Shown here: piece by piece, positions 25,165 to 34,550 of the stretch
Numbering within the stretch: position 1 is the stretch's first letter
Layout: each line of letters opens with the position of its first letter
DNA from: Candidatus Latescibacterota bacterium
GTDB taxonomy: Bacteria > Latescibacterota > UBA2968
DNA: 40,122 bases
Direction: 5' to 3'
NCBI GenBank assembly: GCA_038279365.1
Contig: JAYODI010000005.1
Location: forward strand, 98,457-138,578
Notes under the pieces: model-generated
Databases searched by the model: none
Seen by the model: the letters and a program-made list of their open reading frames with translations, nothing else
What the model was told of the DNA's origin: nothing
Made by a program: the position numbers and the translations under genes

Positions 25165-25674
25165 TTATTGCATAATAATATCTGTAATAAAAACGTTGAG
25201 AACACCCGGGTTCTTCAATTCGGCATTGATCATTTTGATCAAATCTTCTTTCAATTTTTTCTTTTGTGGATCTCGAAAATCTCTTTCGTCTAACAATTCC
25301 AACCGCCGCAACACCAAATCCCAAATTACGGTGTGCCGCAAGGTCAACTCTTCAATGACAGCCTGATCATCGACCTCTAACACAAGGCTCAAGCGCACCA
25401 TGCTTCTGCCACGCAATGATGTGGGCTCGACAATCAGCTCTTTCAATGCCTCATAATAAATGGGTGGGGTCCAAACAACCACCTCTTCCTCTTCTTCTGG
25501 CGCTGTTTCTTCTGGTACCTCTGGGGCAGGAATGGCTCGGTCAAGAACCCAATACCCCACAGAACCTTCAATAAGCAAGATCAGCAAAACCAAAACAAAG
25601 TATCGCCCAGGCCCACTCCCAGCTTCTGGTTTGGCACCTGTTTCGCCGTCGGCTGCCGTTTCATCTTCTGCCAT
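25165..25674 (-). CDS. fliL: FliL-like single-pass membrane protein
   Basis: MAEDE acidic N-terminus, one TM helix, Pro/Glu linker, C-terminal LKEDLIKMIN...VLNVFITDIIMQ; ATG 25674 follows GGAAAGG. Confidence 0.72.
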   Translation of the reverse strand: MAEDETAADGETGAKPEAGSGPGRYFVLVLLILLIEGSVGYWVLDRAIPAPEVPEETAPEEEEEVVVWTPPIYYEALKELIVEPTSLRGRSMVRLSLVLEVDDQAVIEELTLRHTVIWDLVLRRLELLDERDFRDPQKKKLKEDLIKMINAELKNPGVLNVFITDIIMQ

Positions 25675-25676
25675 TT

Positions 25677-26660
25677 TTAAACCTTTCCCTGCCCACTGGC
25701 CAAAAAACGCGCCAATTGCGCACGCAAATGCGCACGCAATTCGGGCTGATCGGGGTCTTGTGCAATCGCTTGTCGAATAATCTGTATCGCCCGTTCCACA
25801 TCTCCTTGGGCAAAATACAGCTCGGCCAATGTATCCAAGTAAGTTGGAGAATTGGGATTTAATCGCAAAGATCGACGAGACAACACGATCCCTTCTTCTA
25901 AGTGAACCCCTTGTGTGGCAAAGACCCACGCCAAATTATTCATACTGCTGTGATCTGCAGGATTTAACTCAATCGCCTTTTTAAAAAACTCAATCGCCAA
26001 GTCATAATTTTCTTGATCGTAATAAATATTTCCCAATGCGCTGTGTGCTTCAACAAACAAGGCATATTCGATATCGTTTGCAGGTTCAAAAGCGACAACT
26101 TTGCGAAATGCGTCAATGGCTTGCTGAGGCACTTTTAAATGCACATACAAACTGCCCAAACGAAAATATGCCCAAGTAGCATCGGGCCAACGCGCAACAG
26201 CCCCTTCCAAAAGTGCCTGTGCTTCATGATACTGTTCTTGAGCCAAATATATATTGGCCAAATCATTGTAGGTATCTTTATATGCCGGTACGGTCGCAAT
26301 GGCACTTTCTAACCACCCAATAACGCCTGCCACATTGCCTTGTGCTTCCGACACAGATGCCAAGTCTTGATACACAGCCAAATAAGCAGGTTCGAGTTGT
26401 AAGGCGGTTTGTAGGCTCACAAAAGCCGCATCATATTCTTTGCGTTGGGTATAAAACCATCCCAAGCGTCGAAGCAAATAGGCATCGTGAGGCTGTTCAT
26501 CAACGGCTGCTTGTAAATATGCCAAGGCCCCATCTTCATCACCTTGGGCCTGTGCAATCAATGACTGGTTTAAATATTGATAAGCCGTATATTGTCCACA
26601 GCCAACCAAACCCATAAACATCAGGCCTACATATAATGTAACGCGTATCATCTTGGTCAT
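25677..26660 (-). CDS. TPR-repeat lipoprotein
   Basis: Lipobox LVGC, several TPRs, MNNLAW...YLDTLAE motif; start placed just downstream of the consensus promoter. Confidence 0.8.
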   Translation of the reverse strand: MTKMIRVTLYVGLMFMGLVGCGQYTAYQYLNQSLIAQAQGDEDGALAYLQAAVDEQPHDAYLLRRLGWFYTQRKEYDAAFVSLQTALQLEPAYLAVYQDLASVSEAQGNVAGVIGWLESAIATVPAYKDTYNDLANIYLAQEQYHEAQALLEGAVARWPDATWAYFRLGSLYVHLKVPQQAIDAFRKVVAFEPANDIEYALFVEAHSALGNIYYDQENYDLAIEFFKKAIELNPADHSSMNNLAWVFATQGVHLEEGIVLSRRSLRLNPNSPTYLDTLAELYFAQGDVERAIQIIRQAIAQDPDQPELRAHLRAQLARFLASGQGKV

Positions 26661-26690
26661 CTCAATTGTCAGCAAAACGGGTTGTCCAAA

Positions 26691-26719
26691 AGTATAGAGA
26701 TCGCTTACACGGTTGTCAA
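26691..26719 (-). promoter_or_regulatory. Near-consensus sigma70 promoter for the TPR-fliL-cNMP unit
   Basis: Minus strand TTGACA-17 nt-TATACT. Confidence 0.75.
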
Positions 26720-26755
26720 GATACAATGCCAAAACACAATTTTTCCAATTTTCAC

Positions 26756-26790
26756 TTGACGCACAGATGCGGAACCGTATCATGCATCTG
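26756..26790 (+). promoter_or_regulatory. Putative promoter for TAXI-TRAP genes with overlapping inverted repeat
   Basis: TTGACG-16 nt-TATCAT; CAGATGC-N13-GCATCTG brackets the -10. Confidence 0.5.
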
Positions 26791-26831
26791 CCCAAATAAC
26801 CAAATAAAGCATAAAGTCTTACGGGGGATCT

Positions 26832-27830
26832 ATGAAACAAAAAATGTTCATTTTTACCATTATCACCATGCTCTTTGCCTGTGGTGGAACACAATCAGAT
26901 GAAAAAAGCCACAACTTCATCATTGCTACGGCAACCACCGGTGGCACATATTACCCCGTAGGCGTTGCACTGGGCACCATCATTACCCAAAAACAAGCCC
27001 CCACCCTGACGGCTTCAGCCATCAATTCGGCAGGATCGGGTGAAAATATTCAAATGCTGGTCAACAAAGAAGCCCAATTGGCTATTTTGCAAGGCCTTTA
27101 TGGGGCAATGGCATATAAAGGCAAAGGCACCTATGCTGGCCAACCCATCCAAAATATTCGGTCCATTACCATGTTGTGGGAAAATGTGGAACACTTTCTT
27201 TTACAAAGTAGCTATGCCAAAACAGGAAACATACAAGACTTACAGAATTTAAAACAGAAATATTCCATCGGCAAACGAGGCAGTGGTACAGAAGGGTCCA
27301 CACGGACAATCCTTGAAGCATTGGGCATTGAGCCAGACACAGACTTTACACCTGAATACCTCGGATATAGTCCTTCTATACAAGCCATGATCGACGGACG
27401 CATAGCGGGTGCCAGCACACCCGCAGGCCCACCCGTTGCAGCCGTTACACAAGCACTGGCCCAATTGGGTCAAGATGTGACCTTGTTGTCTTTTACAGAC
27501 GCACAACTCGAAAAAATTCGCGCAGAGTTCCCTGTGTGGACAGCCTACACTCTCCCCATCAACACCTATCCAGGCCAAACCGAAGCCATTCAAACCATTG
27601 CCCAACCCAACTTTTTGGCCTGCCATGCCGATTTACCCGAAGACGTGATTTATACCCTCACGAAAACCATTTATGACAATCTATCAGCAATACAAAACAT
27701 TCACAAAGCCACCTTGGCCATGAAACTCGAAAAAGCCATTGCTGGCCTTGCCGTTCCCTTGCACTCGGGCGCTGCAAAGTTTTACAAAGAAAAAGGCCTT
27801 ACCATCCCAGCAGATCTCATTGCGCCCTAA
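26832..27830 (+). CDS. TAXI-family TRAP transporter solute-binding lipoprotein
   Basis: Lipobox LFAC, ATATTGGTYYPVG, SAGSGEN, GSGT, PLHSGAAKFYKE. Confidence 0.92.
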   Translation: MKQKMFIFTIITMLFACGGTQSDEKSHNFIIATATTGGTYYPVGVALGTIITQKQAPTLTASAINSAGSGENIQMLVNKEAQLAILQGLYGAMAYKGKGTYAGQPIQNIRSITMLWENVEHFLLQSSYAKTGNIQDLQNLKQKYSIGKRGSGTEGSTRTILEALGIEPDTDFTPEYLGYSPSIQAMIDGRIAGASTPAGPPVAAVTQALAQLGQDVTLLSFTDAQLEKIRAEFPVWTAYTLPINTYPGQTEAIQTIAQPNFLACHADLPEDVIYTLTKTIYDNLSAIQNIHKATLAMKLEKAIAGLAVPLHSGAAKFYKEKGLTIPADLIAP

Positions 27831-27902
27831 ACGAAAACAAAAGACATACCCCATTTCAACGTTCCTTTAATCAACCATCAACCCTTTTCTGATCCATCTT
27901 TT

Positions 27903-29816
27903 ATGCCCAATCATACACCCCTCCCCACAGAAGATATCGGCGGAGAAGTCGTCACGCCCCAACGCACATTAACAGGCAAAAACCACACCATAGTGTTTGT
28001 GGTAGGTATCCTCCTCTCTCTGTTTCATTTGTGGAGCAACGCCGTTGGTGTTTTGCCCGAAATTCAGAGCAACGCCATCCACTTTGGCCTCATTCTGTTT
28101 CTAGGTTATTTACAATACCCCATCAGCCGTAAAAAAGACCTTGGATTGGGCTTTGATTATGGTTTGGCCATATTGGCCATCTTAACAGCCCTCTATCTCA
28201 TTTTTTTTGAAGATGCCCTTCACAACAGAAATGAAGTGCCCAACACAACCGACCTCATTTTTGCAGGCATGGCCCTCCTTCTCTTACTGGAAATTACGCG
28301 TCGCACCACAGGTCTGTTCATTCCCATTTTGGCGCTTTTATTCTTAACCTATGCCCTTTTTTGGGGGCAATACATTTCAGGCATCTGGAATTTTCCCGGT
28401 GTCTCCTTGTCGCGCATGCTTTACCGCATGTACTTTGCCCCCGACGGCATCTTTGGTACCATTGCAACCATCTCTTCAACCTTTGTTGCACTCTTTGTGC
28501 TTTTTGGTGCCTTCTTGCTCAAATCGGGTGCCGGCGACTTTATGATCCGCCTCGCATTGTCCATGCTTGGACGCACCGTAGGGGGGCCCGCCAAAATGGC
28601 TGTGTGCGCCAGTGGCATGCTCGGTTCCATATCGGGCAGCGCGGTTGCCAATACCGTAGGATCAGGGTCGCTCACCATTCCCATGATGAAACGCACTGGA
28701 TTTTCGGCCACCTTTGCCGGTGCCGTAGAAGCAGCCGCATCTACAGGTGGCCAACTCATGCCTCCTATTATGGGGGCAGGTGCTTTTATCATGAGCCAAT
28801 GGACACAAATTCCCTATCTCACCATTGTCGCAGTCTCAATCATTCCCGCCCTGCTCTACTTTATCAGCGTGATGTTCTTTGTGCACTTTCGAGCCCGCAA
28901 CCGAGGTATCAAACCCCTTGCAGACTCTGAGATACCCAAAATAAAAGATGTGATCAAAGAAGGTTGGCACTTTTCCATTCCTTTGTTTGTGCTGGTGGGT
29001 CTCCTCATCTATGGTTTCACACCCACCTATGCCGCTTCATTGGGTACCTTAAGCATTGTGGTTGCCAGTTGGCTCAACCCCAAAACGCGCATGAACTTCC
29101 GCGACATTTTAGATGCACTCGCCTTGGGCGCACATAACTTGGTCAGCACGGGTATCATTCTGCTTTGTTCAGGTATTGTGGTGGGTGTGGTTTTGATGGT
29201 GGGCGTGGGCATTAAATTTTCACTGCTCATCTCTGCAGTTGCTGGCAGCAGCGTATTGCTCGCCATTATACTCATTGCACTGGCCTCCCTTGTCTTGGGC
29301 ATGGGCTTACCCGTTACGGCCTCATACATTGTGCTGGCCGTGCTGGCTGCCCCTGCACTGACCAACTTGGGCGTGGGCCTCTTAGCCGCCCACTTGCTCA
29401 TCTTTTGGTACTCACAAGATGCCAATGTCACACCACCTGTTTGTTTGGCGGCCTACTCCGCAGCAGGCATTTCTGGGGCCAATCCCTTACAAACAGGATT
29501 TGAATCTTGGCGCATTGCCAAAGGCCTCTATCTCATTCCACTTCTATTTTGTTATACGCCCATTCTTTTTGAAGGCACTTGGTGGCAAGTGGCCGATACC
29601 ACCCTTAGTGCTTTTTTCGGTTTGTTGGCATTTGCTGCCGCCTCCGAAGGTTTTCATATGCGGTCTTTAACGGTGCCCATTCGCATTCTTTTTTTGGGTT
29701 CTGCCACCTTGCTTTTATGGCCTGCGTTTTTTGCACATGTCATTGGCTTAGCCTTCTTGATTGCATTAACCCTGTGGCAAAAAATCACATTAAAAAAGGA
29801 TCTGAACCCTTCATAA
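27903..29816 (+). CDS. TRAP transporter fused 4TM/12TM permease
   Basis: GGPAK, GSAVAN, EAAASTGGQLMPPIMGAGAF, LGMGLP, TPPV; highly hydrophobic. Confidence 0.92.
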   Translation: MPNHTPLPTEDIGGEVVTPQRTLTGKNHTIVFVVGILLSLFHLWSNAVGVLPEIQSNAIHFGLILFLGYLQYPISRKKDLGLGFDYGLAILAILTALYLIFFEDALHNRNEVPNTTDLIFAGMALLLLLEITRRTTGLFIPILALLFLTYALFWGQYISGIWNFPGVSLSRMLYRMYFAPDGIFGTIATISSTFVALFVLFGAFLLKSGAGDFMIRLALSMLGRTVGGPAKMAVCASGMLGSISGSAVANTVGSGSLTIPMMKRTGFSATFAGAVEAAASTGGQLMPPIMGAGAFIMSQWTQIPYLTIVAVSIIPALLYFISVMFFVHFRARNRGIKPLADSEIPKIKDVIKEGWHFSIPLFVLVGLLIYGFTPTYAASLGTLSIVVASWLNPKTRMNFRDILDALALGAHNLVSTGIILLCSGIVVGVVLMVGVGIKFSLLISAVAGSSVLLAIILIALASLVLGMGLPVTASYIVLAVLAAPALTNLGVGLLAAHLLIFWYSQDANVTPPVCLAAYSAAGISGANPLQTGFESWRIAKGLYLIPLLFCYTPILFEGTWWQVADTTLSAFFGLLAFAAASEGFHMRSLTVPIRILFLGSATLLLWPAFFAHVIGLAFLIALTLWQKITLKKDLNPS

Positions 29817-29856
29817 ACGAAACAGACAACACCCATTTTAATCGAAGGAATCTTCC

Positions 29857-30834
29857 ATGAAATATGCCATCTGCTTCCTTTGTTTGTTTGCCCTTGCGTG
29901 CAGCAGTGAACACCCCGCCCCCACCAAAACCACCATTGCCGTTATTCCCAAAGGAACCACCCATGAGTTTTGGAAATCCATTCATGCTGGTGCCATCAAA
30001 GCCCAACGCGAACTCAATGTAGACATCATCTGGAAAGGGCCGTTAAAAGAAGACAACCGCGAAGACCAAATTGCCTTGGTCGAAAATTTCATCTCTCGCG
30101 GTGTATCTGGCATTGTGTTGGCCCCACTGGATGACACGGCCCTACGCGTGCCCGTTTCCAATGCCGTTCGCAGTGAGATTCCCGTGGTAATCATCGACTC
30201 GGGCCTCAAAAGTGATGCCTATGTCTCCTTTGTGGCCACCGACAATTATCAAGGCGGAAAAATGGCAGGCACCGATATGGCCAAACGTCTCAACAATACA
30301 GGCAAAGTGATCATGCTTCGCTATCAAGAAGGCTCGGCCAGCACCATGGAACGCGAACAAGGCTTTCTCGATGCCATTGCAGAATCAGCTCATATCCAAG
30401 TGGTTTCCTCTAACCAACATGGCGGCGCCACCACCGAAAGTGCCTACCAAGCCAGTGAAAATCTGCTTGCACCATATAAAGATGCACAAGGCAAACTCAC
30501 CATTGATGGCATCTTTTGTCCCAACGAATCCACCACCTTTGGCATGCTTCGAGCCCTGCAAGATGCGGGGCTTGCCGGCAGTGTGACCTTTATCGGATTT
30601 GACAGCTCAGAAAAATTGGTTGAAGCACTCGAAAATGATCAAATCCACGGACTCATTTTACAAAATCCGTTTAAAATGGGATATCTGGGTGTCAAAACTA
30701 TGGTTGCACACCTCAATGGCCAACCGGTAGAAAAACGCATTGACACAGGTGTTGCATTGGTGACAAAAACCAATATGAATGATCCCGAAATCAAAGCGAT
30801 ACTCGTACCCGACTTAGATCAATGGCTGAAATAG
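29857..30834 (+). CDS. Monosaccharide ABC transporter substrate-binding lipoprotein (RbsB-like)
   Basis: Lipobox LAC, IPKGTTHEFW, VATDN, IGFD, QNPFKMGY. Confidence 0.88.
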   Translation: MKYAICFLCLFALACSSEHPAPTKTTIAVIPKGTTHEFWKSIHAGAIKAQRELNVDIIWKGPLKEDNREDQIALVENFISRGVSGIVLAPLDDTALRVPVSNAVRSEIPVVIIDSGLKSDAYVSFVATDNYQGGKMAGTDMAKRLNNTGKVIMLRYQEGSASTMEREQGFLDAIAESAHIQVVSSNQHGGATTESAYQASENLLAPYKDAQGKLTIDGIFCPNESTTFGMLRALQDAGLAGSVTFIGFDSSEKLVEALENDQIHGLILQNPFKMGYLGVKTMVAHLNGQPVEKRIDTGVALVTKTNMNDPEIKAILVPDLDQWLK

Positions 30835-32321
30835 TGCACAATGCGGTTTTGCGATTTTGCATGCAAAATATCACCAAGCGATTTGGTGCAACCACCGCAC
30901 TCAACGGCCTAAATTTTTCGGTGCCAGCAGGGGAAGTACACGCCCTTATCGGTGAAAATGGCGCAGGCAAAAGCACGCTCATGAAAATTCTATCAGGAGC
31001 ACTCAAACCCGATTCGGGCAGCATGCAAATCAATGGTGTTGCTTATGCCCCCACCACCCCTATGCAAGCACGCACCTTGGGCGTGGCGATGATTTACCAA
31101 GAACTTTCACTGGCGCCACACCTCACTGTAGTCGAAAATATTTTTTTAGGTATCGAAAAAACAAACCGCGGGATGTTGCAAAAAAAGCAGATGCATCAAG
31201 CCGCCCAAAAAGCCCTGATTGAACTTGAACATCCCGAAATCAACCCAAACACCCCCATTCACACCCTGCCAATTGCCCTTCAACAAATTGTAGAAATTGC
31301 ACGCGCACTTGTTGTTGAATGTCAGATTTTGGTATTGGATGAACCCACCAGCAGCCTCACACGCACCGACGCCCAACGCCTCTTTCGAGTGATTGCACGC
31401 CTAAAAGAACGTGGCCTTGCCATTGTTTACATTTCACATTTTTTAGAAGAAGTCAAACAAATTGCCGACCAATTTACCGTACTGCGAGACGGATACACAG
31501 TGGGTTCTGGCTCTGTCTCTACAACCCCCATTCATGACATTGTTCAGCTTATGGTAGGCAGGCACATCGAAAACCTTTTTCCCAAATCGAACCACACCCA
31601 GTATGATCCGATTCTCTCCCTTTCATCACTTTCGGGTAGCCCTCTGCCCAAAGACGCATCACTCACCTTGCACAAAGGCGAAGTCTTTGGCATTGCAGGG
31701 TTAATTGGTGCAGGTCGTACAGAGTTGTTGCGCACGCTCTTTGGGCTTCATCCCATACAAAGTGGCCACATCACATTTGCAACATACACAGGCAGTGCAT
31801 CCCCCCACCAACGCCTTCAGCAAGGCATGGGCTTGCTCAGTGAAGATCGCAAAATGGAAGGCCTTGCTCAAACAATGTCTGTTTCAGACAACCTCACGCT
31901 CTCCAAATTGCCATCATTTCCTTTAACTTCTCCCAAAATGGATGAAATCACACAGCGCTGGATCAAACATCTCCGTATTCGCGTGGAAAAACCCAACCAA
32001 CCCATTGCAACACTGTCAGGTGGCAACCAACAAAAAGTGGCCCTTGCACGCCTGCTCCATCACGATGTAGACCTGTTCTTACTCGACGAACCCACACGCG
32101 GTATTGATATTGCCAGCAAAGCCGATATTTATCATCTCATTGACCAACTGGCCCAACAAGGCAAAGCCATATTGCTCATCAGCAGTTACTTGCCCGAACT
32201 ATTGGGTATCTGTGATCGCATTGCTGTGATGTCTCGTGGATCTCTCACCCCCGCACGCCCCGCATCACAATGCACCGAACACAGCCTCATGGTCGAAGCC
32301 ACAGGGCAGGAGGCCACATGA
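30822..32321 (+). CDS. Monosaccharide ABC transporter ATP-binding protein (RbsA-like, two NBDs)
   Basis: GENGAGKS, LDEPT, GAGRTE, EDRK, LSGGNQQKV; start could be ATG 30861. Confidence 0.9.
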   Translation: MAEIVHNAVLRFCMQNITKRFGATTALNGLNFSVPAGEVHALIGENGAGKSTLMKILSGALKPDSGSMQINGVAYAPTTPMQARTLGVAMIYQELSLAPHLTVVENIFLGIEKTNRGMLQKKQMHQAAQKALIELEHPEINPNTPIHTLPIALQQIVEIARALVVECQILVLDEPTSSLTRTDAQRLFRVIARLKERGLAIVYISHFLEEVKQIADQFTVLRDGYTVGSGSVSTTPIHDIVQLMVGRHIENLFPKSNHTQYDPILSLSSLSGSPLPKDASLTLHKGEVFGIAGLIGAGRTELLRTLFGLHPIQSGHITFATYTGSASPHQRLQQGMGLLSEDRKMEGLAQTMSVSDNLTLSKLPSFPLTSPKMDEITQRWIKHLRIRVEKPNQPIATLSGGNQQKVALARLLHHDVDLFLLDEPTRGIDIASKADIYHLIDQLAQQGKAILLISSYLPELLGICDRIAVMSRGSLTPARPASQCTEHSLMVEATGQEAT

Positions 32322-33259
32322 ACGCCCTCCAAAAACTGGCTCCCGTCTTGGGCCTCATTGCCGTTTATGTCCTTTTTGCGATCTTGGGCCCCGACAGTTT
32401 TACCAGTGGGCGCAACCTCGAAACCATTGCCCGCCAAACCGCCATTGTGGGCACTGCCGCCTTAGGGATGACGCTGGTTATTATGGCCGGTGGCATTGAC
32501 CTTTCTGTAGGCTCCATCATTGCCCTCACCACAGTGACCATTGCCGCCACACTGCAATCGGGTTTTGGCCCCCTCACCGCTGTGTGTATTGGCATAGGTT
32601 CAGGAGCCGTGTGTGGGCTCATCAATGGTCTGATCATTACGCGTTTGCAAGTGGTGCCATTTATTGTCACGCTGGGGACATTATTGGTTGTACGCGGTGT
32701 GGCCAAAGGTCTGGCCCACGAGCAAAAAATAGACGCGCCCCTCACATGGCTGATTGATTTGCTTGCGGCCTTACCGCGTGGCTCTTGGTGGATATTTCCC
32801 ATAGGAGTTTGGCTGCTTATTGTGCTTGCCTTGCTCACGGGTGGTTTTCTGTCCTTTACCCGTATGGGCAAACACATCGTTGCCATTGGCTCCAACGAAA
32901 ACACGGCACGCTTATGTGGTATACGTGTAGAACGTGTCAAACTGTTCGTTTATACATTGGCAGGTGCATCCGCAGGTATTGCAGGCCTGCTTCAATTTTC
33001 ACGCCTTACAGTGGGCGATCCAACTGTGGCAGCGGGTTTAGAACTGGATGTTATTGCTGCCGTGGTCATTGGCGGAGGCAGTCTTTCGGGGGGAGAAGGA
33101 TCTATTTTGGGCAGTGTGGTTGGTGCACTCATTATGACGGTTATTCGCTCAGGTTGTTCACAAATAGGCTTACCCAATTGGGTGCAAGAAATTGTAACCG
33201 GTATCATTATCGTCGTTGCAGTAGCCGTTGATCGACTTCGGCATCGAACAGGAGATTAA
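32318..33259 (+). CDS. Monosaccharide ABC transporter permease (RbsC-like)
   Basis: GIDLSVGS, PFIVTLG, AIGSN..ARLCGI, ELDVIAAVVIGG.S..GG; SD AGGAGG and ATGA overlap at 32318. Confidence 0.9.
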   Translation: MNALQKLAPVLGLIAVYVLFAILGPDSFTSGRNLETIARQTAIVGTAALGMTLVIMAGGIDLSVGSIIALTTVTIAATLQSGFGPLTAVCIGIGSGAVCGLINGLIITRLQVVPFIVTLGTLLVVRGVAKGLAHEQKIDAPLTWLIDLLAALPRGSWWIFPIGVWLLIVLALLTGGFLSFTRMGKHIVAIGSNENTARLCGIRVERVKLFVYTLAGASAGIAGLLQFSRLTVGDPTVAAGLELDVIAAVVIGGGSLSGGEGSILGSVVGALIMTVIRSGCSQIGLPNWVQEIVTGIIIVVAVAVDRLRHRTGD

Positions 33260-33262
33260 ACC

Positions 33263-34546
33263 ATGGATGAACAAAAAGATTTGGCCATTCAAATGAGCAC
33301 CTCCAATTTGCGCTTTGGGCCAGGTATCACACGTGAAATTGGGATGGACCTCAGCGATCAAAACATCAAGCGCGTGCTGGTTGTGACCGATTCCAATCTG
33401 GTCCATTTGCCTCCCGTTCAGGTAGCACGTGAATCACTTGAAACAGAAGGCATTGCATATGATCTGTTTGATCAGGCGCGTGTAGAACCCACAGACATCT
33501 CTTTTAAAGACGCCATTCAGGTGGCCACAGAAGGCAAGTATGAAGCCTATGTTGCCATTGGGGGAGGCTCGGCCATTGATACGGCCAAAGCCGCCAATTT
33601 GTATGCCACCTATCCCGATGATTTTTTTGCCTACATCAATGCCCCCATCGGGCAAGGCAAGCCGGTTCCCGGCCCAGTCAAACCCTTATTTGCCATTCCC
33701 ACCACCGCCGGAACAGGCAGTGAAACCACGGGTGTTGCCATTATGGACTTGTCAGACCGCCATGTTAAAACTGGCATTGCCCATCGTTATCTCAAACCCA
33801 CCCTTGGCATTGTAGACCCCGAAAACACCCGCACCATGCCCGCCGTTATTGCCGCAGCAACAGGCTTAGATGTGCTTTGCCATGCATTAGAATCATATAC
33901 CGCCATACCCTATAACCAACGCCCCAAACCCAATCGCCCCATCGAACGTCCCGCTTACCAAGGATCAAACCCCATCAGCGACATCTGGTCGCTTAAAGCC
34001 ATCGAATATGTTACCCAATATCTTGTGCGGGCGGTGCGCAACCCCAAAGACGATGAAGCCCGTGGTGCCATGATGTTGGCTGCTTCTATGGCTGGCATGG
34101 GATTTGGCAATGCTGGCGTTCACTTGTGTCATGGCATGTCCTATCCCGTTTCTGGCATGGTTCGCAGTTTTAAACCCGATGGCATGATGACCAATCACCC
34201 GATCATACCCCATGGCATGTCTGTTGCGCTCAACGCGCCTCCCGTCTTTCGATTCACCGGACAAGCTTGCCCCGAACGTCATCTACATGCCGCCTCGGTT
34301 ATGGGTGCAAACATTGCCAAGGCCACCCTTGATGAAGCAGGTGATATCCTTGCAGATCAGATCATTTCCATCATGAAACAGCTCGAAATGCCCAATGGTC
34401 TTTCGGCTGTTGGATTCACCCATGACGACATTCCCAAACTTGTAGAAGGCACTCTGCCCCAACACCGTGTGACCAAACTTTCACCGCGCCCAGCCGAAGC
34501 TGAAGATTATGAAATCATGTTTAAAGAAGCGATGAAATTGTGGTAA
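33263..34546 (+). CDS. Hydroxyacid-oxoacid transhydrogenase (iron-containing ADH family, ADHFE1/HOT-like)
   Basis: VEPTD.SF, GGGSAIDTAKAANL, PTTAGTGSETT, GLDVLCHALES, RPAYQGSNPISD, GNAGVHLCHGMSYP. Confidence 0.88.
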   Translation: MDEQKDLAIQMSTSNLRFGPGITREIGMDLSDQNIKRVLVVTDSNLVHLPPVQVARESLETEGIAYDLFDQARVEPTDISFKDAIQVATEGKYEAYVAIGGGSAIDTAKAANLYATYPDDFFAYINAPIGQGKPVPGPVKPLFAIPTTAGTGSETTGVAIMDLSDRHVKTGIAHRYLKPTLGIVDPENTRTMPAVIAAATGLDVLCHALESYTAIPYNQRPKPNRPIERPAYQGSNPISDIWSLKAIEYVTQYLVRAVRNPKDDEARGAMMLAASMAGMGFGNAGVHLCHGMSYPVSGMVRSFKPDGMMTNHPIIPHGMSVALNAPPVFRFTGQACPERHLHAASVMGANIAKATLDEAGDILADQIISIMKQLEMPNGLSAVGFTHDDIPKLVEGTLPQHRVTKLSPRPAEAEDYEIMFKEAMKLW

Positions 34547-34550
34547 ATCT

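Noticed and set aside
25675-25929. Long N-terminal extension of the FliL ORF (likewise 26661-26894 for the TPR ORF)
   Set aside because: They overlap neighbouring genes or promoters; internal ATGs with SD or signal peptide fit better
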